A stretch of 61,871 nt of DNA. It comes from a virus (lineage: Duplodnaviria > Caudoviricetes). The stretch is taken from the IMG/VR virus record IMGVR_UViG_3300042465_001631, positions 1-61,871 of that record. One strand, given 5' to 3'. Shown here piece by piece: positions 1-8,175 of the stretch. The notes under the pieces were generated by a model. That model was given only the letters and a program-made list of their open reading frames with translations. It made no database searches and had not been told where the DNA came from. The position numbers and the translations under genes were made by a program. How positions within the stretch are numbered: the stretch's first letter is position 1; each line of letters starts with the position of its first letter.

Positions 1-127
1 CTAACGGCTGCGGGTAGCATTGCAGAGCGGGATTTGAAACCGCTACACTATCCACCGCTACAAAAAGATATTGAAAGCAGTAAAGTTAAATATGCCGTAA
101 TACCCCGCTTTGCTGCTACCCGTTGTT
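1..127. repeat. Terminal overlap, identical to 61745-61871 (circular assembly signature)
   Basis: First 127 nt equal the last 127 nt; a 127 nt overlap is typical of a k=127 de Bruijn circular contig. Confidence 0.9.
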
Positions 128-129
128 AG
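1..129 (-). repeat. attC-like site A (junction copy)
   Basis: CTAAC-ggctg-CGGGTAGCA-tt-GCAGAGCGGG ... CCCCGCTTTGC-TGCTACCCG-tt-GTTAG imperfect inverted repeat. Confidence 0.8.
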
Positions 130-154
130 GGGCTGGTATTAATAAATAAACAAA

Positions 155-406
155 ATGCAAGTTGAAAAATTACCGCAAGACGATTGGAAATTAGACAAAA
201 TTGAGTTAGAATTTAAATCTTATGGTGAAGACCAAGGAAAATACGTTGGTAAAATTCGTTTTCAAAATGGCGAATACGAAAGTTTTTCTTTTAAAATAAG
301 ACCTGATATGGCACAGCCTTATATTGAATTAATAGGTGCTGATATTGTTAAATGTGCTGAGTCGCTTGGAGCAAGATTGGCTGAGTCACTTGGATTAAAG
401 AAGTAG
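155..406 (+). CDS. Cassette-borne hypothetical protein (83 aa), identical to 59004-59255
   Basis: ORF with A-rich leader, flanked by GTTAGGGGC / GCCCCTAAC. Confidence 0.8.
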   Translation: MQVEKLPQDDWKLDKIELEFKSYGEDQGKYVGKIRFQNGEYESFSFKIRPDMAQPYIELIGADIVKCAESLGARLAESLGLKK

Positions 407-434
407 TAAAATCGGGGCGAGGTTATACTTGCCC

Positions 435-559
435 CTAACGATGGTGCTATACGAAGGAGGCGATTATTAGCACTAAAGTTGATGCGGAGTACAAAATTTG
501 AATATAGCAGAATGTTTCTGCGGAACACCGAACCGCCTCTTTTGTATAGCACGTGTTAG
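435..559 (-). repeat. attC-like site G
   Basis: CTAAC-gatg-GTGCTATAC-gaag-GAGGCG ... CGCCTC-tttt-GTATAGCAC-gt-GTTAG. Confidence 0.8.
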
Positions 560-594
560 TGGCTGGGGCGGTTTTTAACGATAAATATAAATAG

Positions 595-1584
595 ATGGAA
601 TTAAACAAAATATATCATAGTGATTGGATGAATAATAATCTACCTGATAAATCGGTGCAGTTGATTATTGCAGACCCGCCATACTACAAAGTAAAAGGAG
701 ATTTTGACTTTGTATGGAAAACCTTTGACGAGTACCTGCAAGATGTAGAACGCTGGGCAATAGAATGTAAAAGAGTTTTAGCAGATAATGGAACGCTTTA
801 TTGGTATGGAGATGCTAAAAATATTGCCTATGCTCAAATCATTTTTGATAAGCATTTTAACTTATTGAATAGTTTGGTATGGGAAAACACAAACGACCAT
901 AAGCAACAAATAAGATTTAATACCGATTTGCGAACATTTGCACCACTTACTGAAAGATTACTGATGTATGAGCAAAGAGGACAAAAGACTGGAGGAGAAT
1001 TGATATTTGAGCAATTTTTAAAGCCTAAAAATCCATTTTCTAAATACCTAAAAATTGAATTTAAAAACGCTGGATTAACAAATAGAGAAATTGCACAACT
1101 ATTCCCAAGTAGAACAGGCGGATTAACTGGATGTGTTTCTAATTGGTTAAATGGTGATAATGTAATAACAGAGGAGCAATACAATGTAATTAGAGAATAT
1201 TGCAATAACAAGTATCTGCAGAAGCCATACGAGGAACTAAAAGCCGAATACGAGGAACTAAAAGCCGAATATGAAGTGCTACGCAGACCGTTTAATAATG
1301 AACGATATTATGGTGATGTGATTAGAATACCAAATTATGAAACTGGAAACCACGAACACGACACGCCAAAACCCGAAAAGCTAACAAGGGAAATAATATT
1401 AATAAGTAGCAGACCAAACGACCTTATTTTAGTTCCTTTTGCTGGAAGTGGAACGGAGTGTGCAATGGCAATAAAAGAAAATAGAAACTTTTTAGGATTT
1501 GAAATAAACGAAAAACACGTTAATTATGGAAACAAACGAACTGACAATATTAAGGCACAACCGTCATTATTTGCAGTAACGTAG
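595..1584 (+). CDS. Cassette-borne N6-adenine/N4-cytosine DNA methyltransferase (beta class) with inserted HTH-like segment
   Basis: N-terminal DPPY motif, HDTPKP and C-terminal PFAGSG SAM-binding motif; internal GLTNREIAQLF...VSNWL. Confidence 0.9.
   Translation: MELNKIYHSDWMNNNLPDKSVQLIIADPPYYKVKGDFDFVWKTFDEYLQDVERWAIECKRVLADNGTLYWYGDAKNIAYAQIIFDKHFNLLNSLVWENTNDHKQQIRFNTDLRTFAPLTERLLMYEQRGQKTGGELIFEQFLKPKNPFSKYLKIEFKNAGLTNREIAQLFPSRTGGLTGCVSNWLNGDNVITEEQYNVIREYCNNKYLQKPYEELKAEYEELKAEYEVLRRPFNNERYYGDVIRIPNYETGNHEHDTPKPEKLTREIILISSRPNDLILVPFAGSGTECAMAIKENRNFLGFEINEKHVNYGNKRTDNIKAQPSLFAVT
1227..1271 (+). repeat. 21-bp tandem repeat (YEELKAE heptads) inside the MTase gene
   Basis: ATACGAGGAACTAAAAGCCGA x2 plus a partial copy. 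Confidence 0.9.
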
Positions 1585-1610
1585 CCTTGCCACTAACTAC
1601 CTACTAACCG
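1584..1610 (-). other. Array-terminal, non-palindromic attI-like site
   Basis: GCCTTGCCACTAAC-TACCT-ACTAACC: core TAAC followed by a second ACTAAC direct repeat and no long hairpin. Confidence 0.45.
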
Positions 1611-1629
1611 ATATAAATACAAATCTTTT

Positions 1630-1812
1630 ATGAAGTCATACACTAAAAATATTACGATAAACGTTTCTGAAATTCAGTATGAAACTTTAGAAAAAATAAG
1701 AGCTAATAATATAAAAGTAGGCAATTTCATCCGTGAATCAATTCAAGAGAAAATAAAACGTGAGTACCAACAATTAATATTAAAACCAAAAAAATCGGAT
1801 TGTCCGTTTTAA
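1630..1812 (+). CDS. Small ribbon-helix-helix-like DNA-binding protein
   Basis: 60 aa; alternating beta strand (ITINVS) followed by two predicted helices (YETLEKI, VGNFIRESIQEKI). Confidence 0.55.
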   Translation: MKSYTKNITINVSEIQYETLEKIRANNIKVGNFIRESIQEKIKREYQQLILKPKKSDCPF

Positions 1813-1815
1813 ATT

Positions 1816-4227
1816 ATGGAAGTAACTATTTTCAAAAATATAAAACAAACATCAACACCATTCTTTAAGACGATTGGTGTGATGCTTGATAGGATACAGA
1901 ACGGTGCCTCTAAAGACATCGTCGAAGGTATTCGCAACGAGAAGGATAAGTCCGCTCGTAATGCACTAAAACAACAGCTACCTGCGGTATGTTTCTCAGG
2001 TAAGTTTACAAAGCGTGAGGATAAGGCTATTTTAGAGCACTCAGGGTTCATTTGCCTAGACTTTGATGGTTATGCCACCGACAAAGAAATGAAGGCTGAT
2101 AAGGCTATAATTTCAAAGAATAAATATACCTATTCAGTATTTGTTTCCCCATCTGGGAATGGACTAAAGATAATTGTTAAGATACCAAGAGATATTGATA
2201 ACCATAAGAACTACTTCAACTCACTTGAGAAGCACTTCAACTCAAAATACTTTGATAAGACATCAAAGAACATCTCAAGGGTATGTTATGAGTCGTACGA
2301 TCCAGAGATTTATGTGAACACCTCAAGCGAGTTGTGGAACACATTATCAGAACACGAGTATGTAGAGATGGATAGAGTAGCCTCTAAACCAACCATCCCA
2401 ATCACTAACGAGAACAAGATTATCGAAATATTGATGAAGTGGTGGACTAGAAAGTACGGACTCGTTGATGGTGAGCGTAATAACAATGTATTTATCTTAG
2501 CCTCAGCGTTTAATGACTATGGCGTAAGCAAGTCATTAGCAGAATATGTAATGGGACAGTTCGACAGTCAAGACTTCCCAATGCAAGAGATCAGGACTAT
2601 TATCGACTCAGCGTACAGACAGACACACAAGTTCGGCACAAAGTTCTATGAAGACGATGAAAAGCTAACACAAGTTCGTCAGAAGATTAAACGTGGAGTC
2701 TCTAAGAAAGACATCAAGTCAGAGTTAATGGGATTAAACATATCGGAGAATGCAATTGACGATGTGATTGATACAATCGACAGAGACGAGGCAAGTCAGA
2801 AGTACTGGAGCAAGTCGGATAAGGGAGCTATAAGCATTATTCACTACCTATTTAGAGAGTTCTTAGAGGACAACGGATTCTTTAAGTATATGCCGAATGG
2901 GGGTAAGAGTTACATCTTCGTAAGGGTAACAAATAACCTCATCGACCACACGTCGGAGGACGAGATTAAAGACTTTGTACTTAACCACTTACAAACTATA
3001 GATGACTTATCAGTTTACAACTACTTTGCAGACAAGACTAGGTTCTTTAAGGAGGACTTTTTATCTCTACTATCTTCTGTTGATGTATATTTTATGGAGG
3101 ATGATAAGGACAATGCGTACCTTTACTATAGGAATTGTGCTGTACGTATAGATAAGGACAACATCGACATCATCGACTATATTGACCTTGGTGGTTACAT
3201 ATGGGCAGATCAAGTTATCGACAGAGATTTTAAGATTTGTGAGATTACAGACTGTGACTTCAAGACATTTATAGCAAACGTATCAAACGATGAACAGACT
3301 CGCATTGACTCTCTTGAGAGCACGATTGGATTCCTTATGCATGGATATAAGAATTTATCTTACTGTCCTGCGGTCATTCTAAATGACGAGGTGATTACAG
3401 ATAACCCAGAGGGCGGAACTGGTAAGGGGTTATTTACTAACGCCATTTCTCAGATGAAGAAGTTAGCCTTTATAGATGGTAAGAGTGTGAACTTCGATAG
3501 TTCATTCCCATACCAGACCGTATCAGTTGATACACAGGTACTTGCGTTTGATGACGTTAAGAAACACTTCAACTTCGAGAGGTTATTCAGTGTGATCACA
3601 GAGGGTATAACTCTGGAGAGAAAGAATAAGGATGCAATGCATATTCCATTTAACAAGTCTCCTAAGATAATTATCACAACAAACTACGCCATCAAGGGTA
3701 AGGGTAATTCATTCGAGAGACGTAAGTGGGAGCTTGAGTTCAAGCAGTTCTACACCAAAGAGTTTACTCCACTAGTTGAGTTTGGTAGGTTATTATTTAC
3801 TGAATGGGACTCAGGCGAATGGTGCAAGTTTGATAACTACATGATTAAGAGTTTACAAGCATACTTAACGACTGGTTTAGTTAAGAGTGAATTTGTCAAT
3901 CTTAAGATACGTAAGTTGTCAGCTGATACGTGCCACGAGTTCATTGAGTGGGTTGGACTGATGGATGATAAGCCAACGATTGCACTAGGAGAGGTACTAT
4001 ATAAACAGGATCTATACCTTGACTTTATCCAAGACAATCCAGACTTTGCACCAAAGGCTAAGATGACCATATCACGTACTATATTTTATAAGTGGTTAAC
4101 ATCTTATGGACTATTTGTTACTGGAGTTTTACCTTCAGAAGGTCGTAATAACATAGGTAGATGGATCAAGTTCAAGGACGCAAGTGGTAAGGACGAAGAA
4201 GAAACTAATGATGAGCTCAGATTTTAA
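1816..4227 (+). CDS. Primase-helicase (VirE-N/BT4734-like primase, PriCT, D5-like SF3 helicase)
   Basis: CLDFD, SPSGNGLK, GERNNNVFILA; Walker A GGTGKG, Walker B LAFDD, IITTN. Confidence 0.85.
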   Translation: MEVTIFKNIKQTSTPFFKTIGVMLDRIQNGASKDIVEGIRNEKDKSARNALKQQLPAVCFSGKFTKREDKAILEHSGFICLDFDGYATDKEMKADKAIISKNKYTYSVFVSPSGNGLKIIVKIPRDIDNHKNYFNSLEKHFNSKYFDKTSKNISRVCYESYDPEIYVNTSSELWNTLSEHEYVEMDRVASKPTIPITNENKIIEILMKWWTRKYGLVDGERNNNVFILASAFNDYGVSKSLAEYVMGQFDSQDFPMQEIRTIIDSAYRQTHKFGTKFYEDDEKLTQVRQKIKRGVSKKDIKSELMGLNISENAIDDVIDTIDRDEASQKYWSKSDKGAISIIHYLFREFLEDNGFFKYMPNGGKSYIFVRVTNNLIDHTSEDEIKDFVLNHLQTIDDLSVYNYFADKTRFFKEDFLSLLSSVDVYFMEDDKDNAYLYYRNCAVRIDKDNIDIIDYIDLGGYIWADQVIDRDFKICEITDCDFKTFIANVSNDEQTRIDSLESTIGFLMHGYKNLSYCPAVILNDEVITDNPEGGTGKGLFTNAISQMKKLAFIDGKSVNFDSSFPYQTVSVDTQVLAFDDVKKHFNFERLFSVITEGITLERKNKDAMHIPFNKSPKIIITTNYAIKGKGNSFERRKWELEFKQFYTKEFTPLVEFGRLLFTEWDSGEWCKFDNYMIKSLQAYLTTGLVKSEFVNLKIRKLSADTCHEFIEWVGLMDDKPTIALGEVLYKQDLYLDFIQDNPDFAPKAKMTISRTIFYKWLTSYGLFVTGVLPSEGRNNIGRWIKFKDASGKDEEETNDELRF

Positions 4228-4462
4228 CTGGTGTATAGAGAATGACTTTCAGGTGTACATAATACCTGAACATTCTTTTGCACGGATATGTATCCGAAGG
4301 GGAGGAATAACGTCTTGCGGAAAGGACTTCTACTACACAAGTGGAGTAAGAGTTAATGTAGTAGAGCAGAAGGGAACAGTACTGTATAAGTCTCAGGACC
4401 TAGCAGCTAAGGAATTAAAGAATGTATATAAATACTTAAGAGAAAGATATGAAACTACGTGA
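4208..4462 (+). CDS. Hypothetical protein
   Basis: ORF overlapping primase stop and helicase start. Confidence 0.6.
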   Translation: MMSSDFNWCIENDFQVYIIPEHSFARICIRRGGITSCGKDFYYTSGVRVNVVEQKGTVLYKSQDLAAKELKNVYKYLRERYETT

Positions 4463-5690
4463 TTACCAGCAACAGTTATCAACTCAGGCATCAGAAATAC
4501 TGCTAGATAAAAAAATAGTATACCTAAACTTCTCGCCACGTGTGGGAAAGACATTAACAGCTCTTGAAACTTGTAAGAAAGTAAATGCACAGAAGGTTTT
4601 GTTCATTACCAAAATAAAGGCGTTTAGCTCGATACAAAGTGATTACGACGATTTCAGTTATCAATTTAGATTAACTATTATTAACAAGGAGTCTATTCAC
4701 AAAATTGATTTGAACGACTTTGACTTAGTAGTAGCAGATGAGGCTCACGGACTGTTCTCAACATTCCCCAAGCCAAATAACTTCTACAAGATATATAAGA
4801 AGCGCTTCGGACACCTTCCAATTATTATGTTAAGTGGTACAATGTGTGTTGAAAGCGGCTCACAGATATTTCATCAGTTCCAAGTTTCAGACTACTCTCC
4901 ATTTCGTAAGTACACTAACTTTTATAAGTGGGCTAAAGACTTCGTAAACATCAAGCAGAAGCAATTAGGATATGGTTTGATAAGCGATTATTCAGACTGC
5001 AATATGATAGAGGTAAATAAAATTATCGATCCTTATACACTTCGTTTTACACAAGAGCAAAGTGGTTTTATATCTACAGTTAATAAAAATATCTTAGAGT
5101 GCGAGATGAAGCCAATTATAAAGACGTTAATTGATAGACTGCTGAGGGATAGTATAATAGAAGGTAACGGAGAAGTTATTATAGCTGACACGTCAGTAGC
5201 AATGCAGCAGAAGGTACACCAACTAGGTTCAGGTACCATTAAATTCCATAGCGGTAACAGTAAAACAATAGATAACTCTAAGGCAGTATTCATTAAAGAA
5301 CACTTTAAAGGTAAGAAAATAGCTATAATTTACTACTACAAGGAGGAATTAAATATGCTGAATGAAGTTTTTAAGGACTTGATTACCACAGACTTAGAAG
5401 AATTTAACATAACCGATAAGATTTTTGTTGGTCAGCAAATATCAAGTTGTGAAGGAATTTCTTTGGCAAGAGCAGAATGTTTAGTATTTTTGAACTTTGG
5501 ATTTAGTGGCAAGAACTTCATACAAGCAATTGACAGACTGACGCTTAAGGACAGACCAACGAACGACGTGTACTTTGTGTTTAGTAGTATAGGGATTGAT
5601 AAGAAGATATATCAGTCGGTAAGTAAAAAAGAAAATTATAATAACTCACATTTTAAGAAAGATTATGGTAATAGTAATTCAAGAGTATGA
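4449..5690 (+). CDS. Superfamily 2 (SNF2/Res-like) helicase
   Basis: LRDYQ Q-motif, PRVGKT, DEAH, SGT, EGISL, QAIDR. Confidence 0.85.
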   Translation: MKLRDYQQQLSTQASEILLDKKIVYLNFSPRVGKTLTALETCKKVNAQKVLFITKIKAFSSIQSDYDDFSYQFRLTIINKESIHKIDLNDFDLVVADEAHGLFSTFPKPNNFYKIYKKRFGHLPIIMLSGTMCVESGSQIFHQFQVSDYSPFRKYTNFYKWAKDFVNIKQKQLGYGLISDYSDCNMIEVNKIIDPYTLRFTQEQSGFISTVNKNILECEMKPIIKTLIDRLLRDSIIEGNGEVIIADTSVAMQQKVHQLGSGTIKFHSGNSKTIDNSKAVFIKEHFKGKKIAIIYYYKEELNMLNEVFKDLITTDLEEFNITDKIFVGQQISSCEGISLARAECLVFLNFGFSGKNFIQAIDRLTLKDRPTNDVYFVFSSIGIDKKIYQSVSKKENYNNSHFKKDYGNSNSRV

Positions 5691-5898
5691 TTACTCAGAT
5701 AAAGAAGAGATAGTAATAGGAGTAGCATCTGATAGAGAAAATGCTATAAGAATTATAGACGAGTATTATGGTAAGAATGCGGTACAGTCTGATTTTAGAG
5801 ACATAAGAGATAGCGGTCTAAACTTCGATGTAAAGATTAAGGTAGATGGTTGTAATTATGGAGTTACAGGAATAGAATTTGAAATAGATGAGATATGA
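5665..5898 (+). CDS. Hypothetical protein
   Basis: ORF in coupled operon. Confidence 0.6.
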   Translation: MVIVIQEYDYSDKEEIVIGVASDRENAIRIIDEYYGKNAVQSDFRDIRDSGLNFDVKIKVDGCNYGVTGIEFEIDEI

Positions 5899-6119
5899 CA
5901 CCAAAAGAAAAAGCAATAGATTTAGTTAGAGATATGGAGTTTGAAATTCCATATATTCATGATCCAACAGAACCACAGGGCGATGATATCGCCAAACGAT
6001 GTACGTTAATATTAGTTAATGAAATGTTAAATAATTTTTTATCAAATAGAACTACAGAATATGGTAGAGAAAGATATCATTTTTGGCAACAAGTTAAACA
6101 AGAAATATATGGCAAGTAA
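5895..6119 (+). CDS. Hypothetical protein (MTPKEKA-type phage family)
   Basis: ORF with ATGA coupling. Confidence 0.6.
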   Translation: MTPKEKAIDLVRDMEFEIPYIHDPTEPQGDDIAKRCTLILVNEMLNNFLSNRTTEYGRERYHFWQQVKQEIYGK

Positions 6120-6378
6120 GTTCCAAACGAAGACTAAGAAACACTATGAAGCCAATGGTTGGATAGTTATTAATACTATTAAGTTAAGTGTTAGCGGCTA
6201 TCCAGATTTGTTTCTATTTAAGAATGGTAAGACTATCTTTATAGAGTGTAAGGAAGGTAACGATACCCTTAAGCCACTTCAAGAGTATCGAATAGACGAG
6301 TTAATTAAACAAGGATTTGAGGCGTTCTGCCTACACGCAACTAAAGGAAAAATATACCCACATGATAGAGAAATTTAA
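6109..6378 (+). CDS. VRR-NUC domain nuclease
   Basis: GYPDL...FIECK...LKPLQ motif; start moved to ATG 6109. Confidence 0.8.
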   Translation: MASKFQTKTKKHYEANGWIVINTIKLSVSGYPDLFLFKNGKTIFIECKEGNDTLKPLQEYRIDELIKQGFEAFCLHATKGKIYPHDREI

Positions 6379-6817
6379 AAAAATAATAGAGTTAGAAACT
6401 GGAGTAAATGTAGAAATAGTTTCAAGAAAGAAGGGATTTGTAGAGGCTAGAGCAATATACTATAAGCTACTTAGAGACATATCTAATATGACGCTACAGG
6501 CTATTGGAGATACTGTTAATAGAGATCACGCAACAATACTACATAGCTTAAAGAGTGTTGATGATTGGATGAAATATGACGCTGCATTAGCTCTTAAGTA
6601 CAAGAACATACTGTACGCTATAGATAATTTAGACGAAACAGATTTCAATAGCGTTAGGTATGAGAATATGATGTTAAATCTAAAGATAGTTGAACTTAAC
6701 AAACAGATAAAGAAATTATCAAACAATAGGTTCCAAGACCTTGTAGATAAGATACCTTACGATAAAGAAGAGCTTTTATACGATAGGTTCAGTACAATTG
6801 TAAGAATGAATTGTTAA
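6362..6817 (+). CDS. DnaA C-terminal-like HTH protein
   Basis: SRK..FVEAR..YY..MTLQAIG...NRDHATILH matches the DnaA domain IV pattern. Confidence 0.75.
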   Translation: MIEKFKKIIELETGVNVEIVSRKKGFVEARAIYYKLLRDISNMTLQAIGDTVNRDHATILHSLKSVDDWMKYDAALALKYKNILYAIDNLDETDFNSVRYENMMLNLKIVELNKQIKKLSNNRFQDLVDKIPYDKEELLYDRFSTIVRMNC

Positions 6818-6869
6818 TAACTTTATTTGCAAGTAAGCAAAATTGTTTATAAATTTGATAAAAAAAGAT

Positions 6870-7028
6870 ATGGAATATATTAACAGTACGATGAAGAATA
6901 TCAATGACTTAACAGATGAAATCTATGAAGGTCTTGCAGATGGAGATACAGCAGCATTGAACAAGAGTATTAATACTCTTATTGCTATCTTAAAAGATGT
7001 CCAACAATCAAATAAAGAGGGGTTATGA
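6870..7028 (+). CDS. Hypothetical protein
   Basis: Short helical ORF after a TAAATTTG promoter-like element. Confidence 0.55.
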   Translation: MEYINSTMKNINDLTDEIYEGLADGDTAALNKSINTLIAILKDVQQSNKEGL

Positions 7029-7174
7029 CACATACAGTAATTCAAGGTAACGAATGTTATATATTTATGAATGGATTACTTATTCATAAAACAAGGACTG
7101 ATAACTCAGAGTCAGGAGTTACATTTGATGTTATGGCTTATAGAAAAAATGATACTTTAAAATCAATACAATGA
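7025..7174 (+). CDS. Hypothetical protein (49 aa, not in ORF track)
   Basis: ATGA-coupled on both sides: MTHTVIQGNECY...KSIQ. Confidence 0.5.
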   Translation: MTHTVIQGNECYIFMNGLLIHKTRTDNSESGVTFDVMAYRKNDTLKSIQ

Positions 7175-7587
7175 AAGATTATAAAAATAGATACGGAGAT
7201 GTCTATACCTTCACCAAAGATGAGAATCACGATATTCTTTGGGAAGGTAACTTCGAGTGGTGTAGTTTTAGTATGTCAAACGATTATTCAAGGGCATACG
7301 AGTCTTATTGCAAAAATTTTGGAACCTTATTGACAATAGAAGAATTTAAAACCGCTGTTCATAAATACGATGATATTAAGAAAGAATATGTTTTAGGATT
7401 TAAATATGTATCAATGGTTGATTGCTTAAGAAACGAGATAGACTCGGTGGATCCAAGCGGTGGTCCATATATATCACGAGGCATGCCGTTAGACTCGTTT
7501 GGATTTAAAGGCTATAAGGTTAAAGACTTCAAGAGAATCGATACTGGATATAAAATAATAACTGAGAAAAATGGAGCCAATTCATAA
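7171..7587 (+). CDS. Hypothetical phage protein
   Basis: YKNRYGDVYTF ... VDPSGGPYI. Confidence 0.65.
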   Translation: MKDYKNRYGDVYTFTKDENHDILWEGNFEWCSFSMSNDYSRAYESYCKNFGTLLTIEEFKTAVHKYDDIKKEYVLGFKYVSMVDCLRNEIDSVDPSGGPYISRGMPLDSFGFKGYKVKDFKRIDTGYKIITEKNGANS

Positions 7588-7798
7588 ATTCAATAACGGT
7601 AGAGGAGCTATGCTTTGTAATGAATGCAGAACTATAATATCTACAGGTCCAAAGACAGATGAGCTTTATTGCGATAAGTGCAAACAAAAAAACCATATAA
7701 TCGAGATAATTAAAGATGACGAAAAAACAAAGTGTTATTGTGGTCATACTACTTATTGCGAATGCGGACCTGATATTGTAAAGGCTGAAGAAATCTAA
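7571..7798 (+). CDS. Small Cys-rich (zinc-binding-like) protein
   Basis: CNEC, CDKC, CYCG, CECG. Confidence 0.6.
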   Translation: MEPIHKFNNGRGAMLCNECRTIISTGPKTDELYCDKCKQKNHIIEIIKDDEKTKCYCGHTTYCECGPDIVKAEEI

Positions 7799-7810
7799 AT
7801 AATTAAAAAT

Positions 7811-8068
7811 ATGAAATACACAACAAATGCAACGAATGACATTATAGTCAATGGTCATGAGATACTTAGTCCTCCGAAGGATACTGTAGTAGAGGCTGTA
7901 AGAGAGGACTTATTAAGAAGATCTAAGGTAGGTATCAATAAATATAATACTACACTTGACAGAACTGATATAGACCTTAAAGGTTGGGTAACTCACGCAA
8001 TTGAAGAGGCACTTGACCTATCACTTTATTTAAAACGAATCCAAATAGAACTAAATGAAAGAACATAA
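7811..8068 (+). CDS. Hypothetical protein, MazG/dNTP-pyrophosphatase-like helical fold
   Basis: RSKVGINKYNTTL...HAIEEALDLSLY. Confidence 0.55.
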   Translation: MKYTTNATNDIIVNGHEILSPPKDTVVEAVREDLLRRSKVGINKYNTTLDRTDIDLKGWVTHAIEEALDLSLYLKRIQIELNERT

Positions 8069-8175
8069 ACAATCACCACTACAGAGAATTACAATTGTAA
8101 TGCAGTACCTATACCGTAAGGGAGGAAATAAGGAGTCAGTAAATAATGTTTACCGTAACATAATAAAAAAGAAGT

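Larger units (their letters stand above)
1..1610. mobile_element. Integron-like cassette array, part after the circular junction (site A + 83 aa gene, site G + MTase, attI-like end)
   Basis: Alternating TAAC...GTTA palindromes and single genes; continues 58204-61871. Confidence 0.8.

Noticed and set aside
319-552. Antisense and nested short ORFs from the six-frame track (e.g. 319-552, 834-1211, 11912-12106, 60626-60943)
   Set aside because: They overlap better-supported genes or sites on the opposite strand and show no recognisable motifs.
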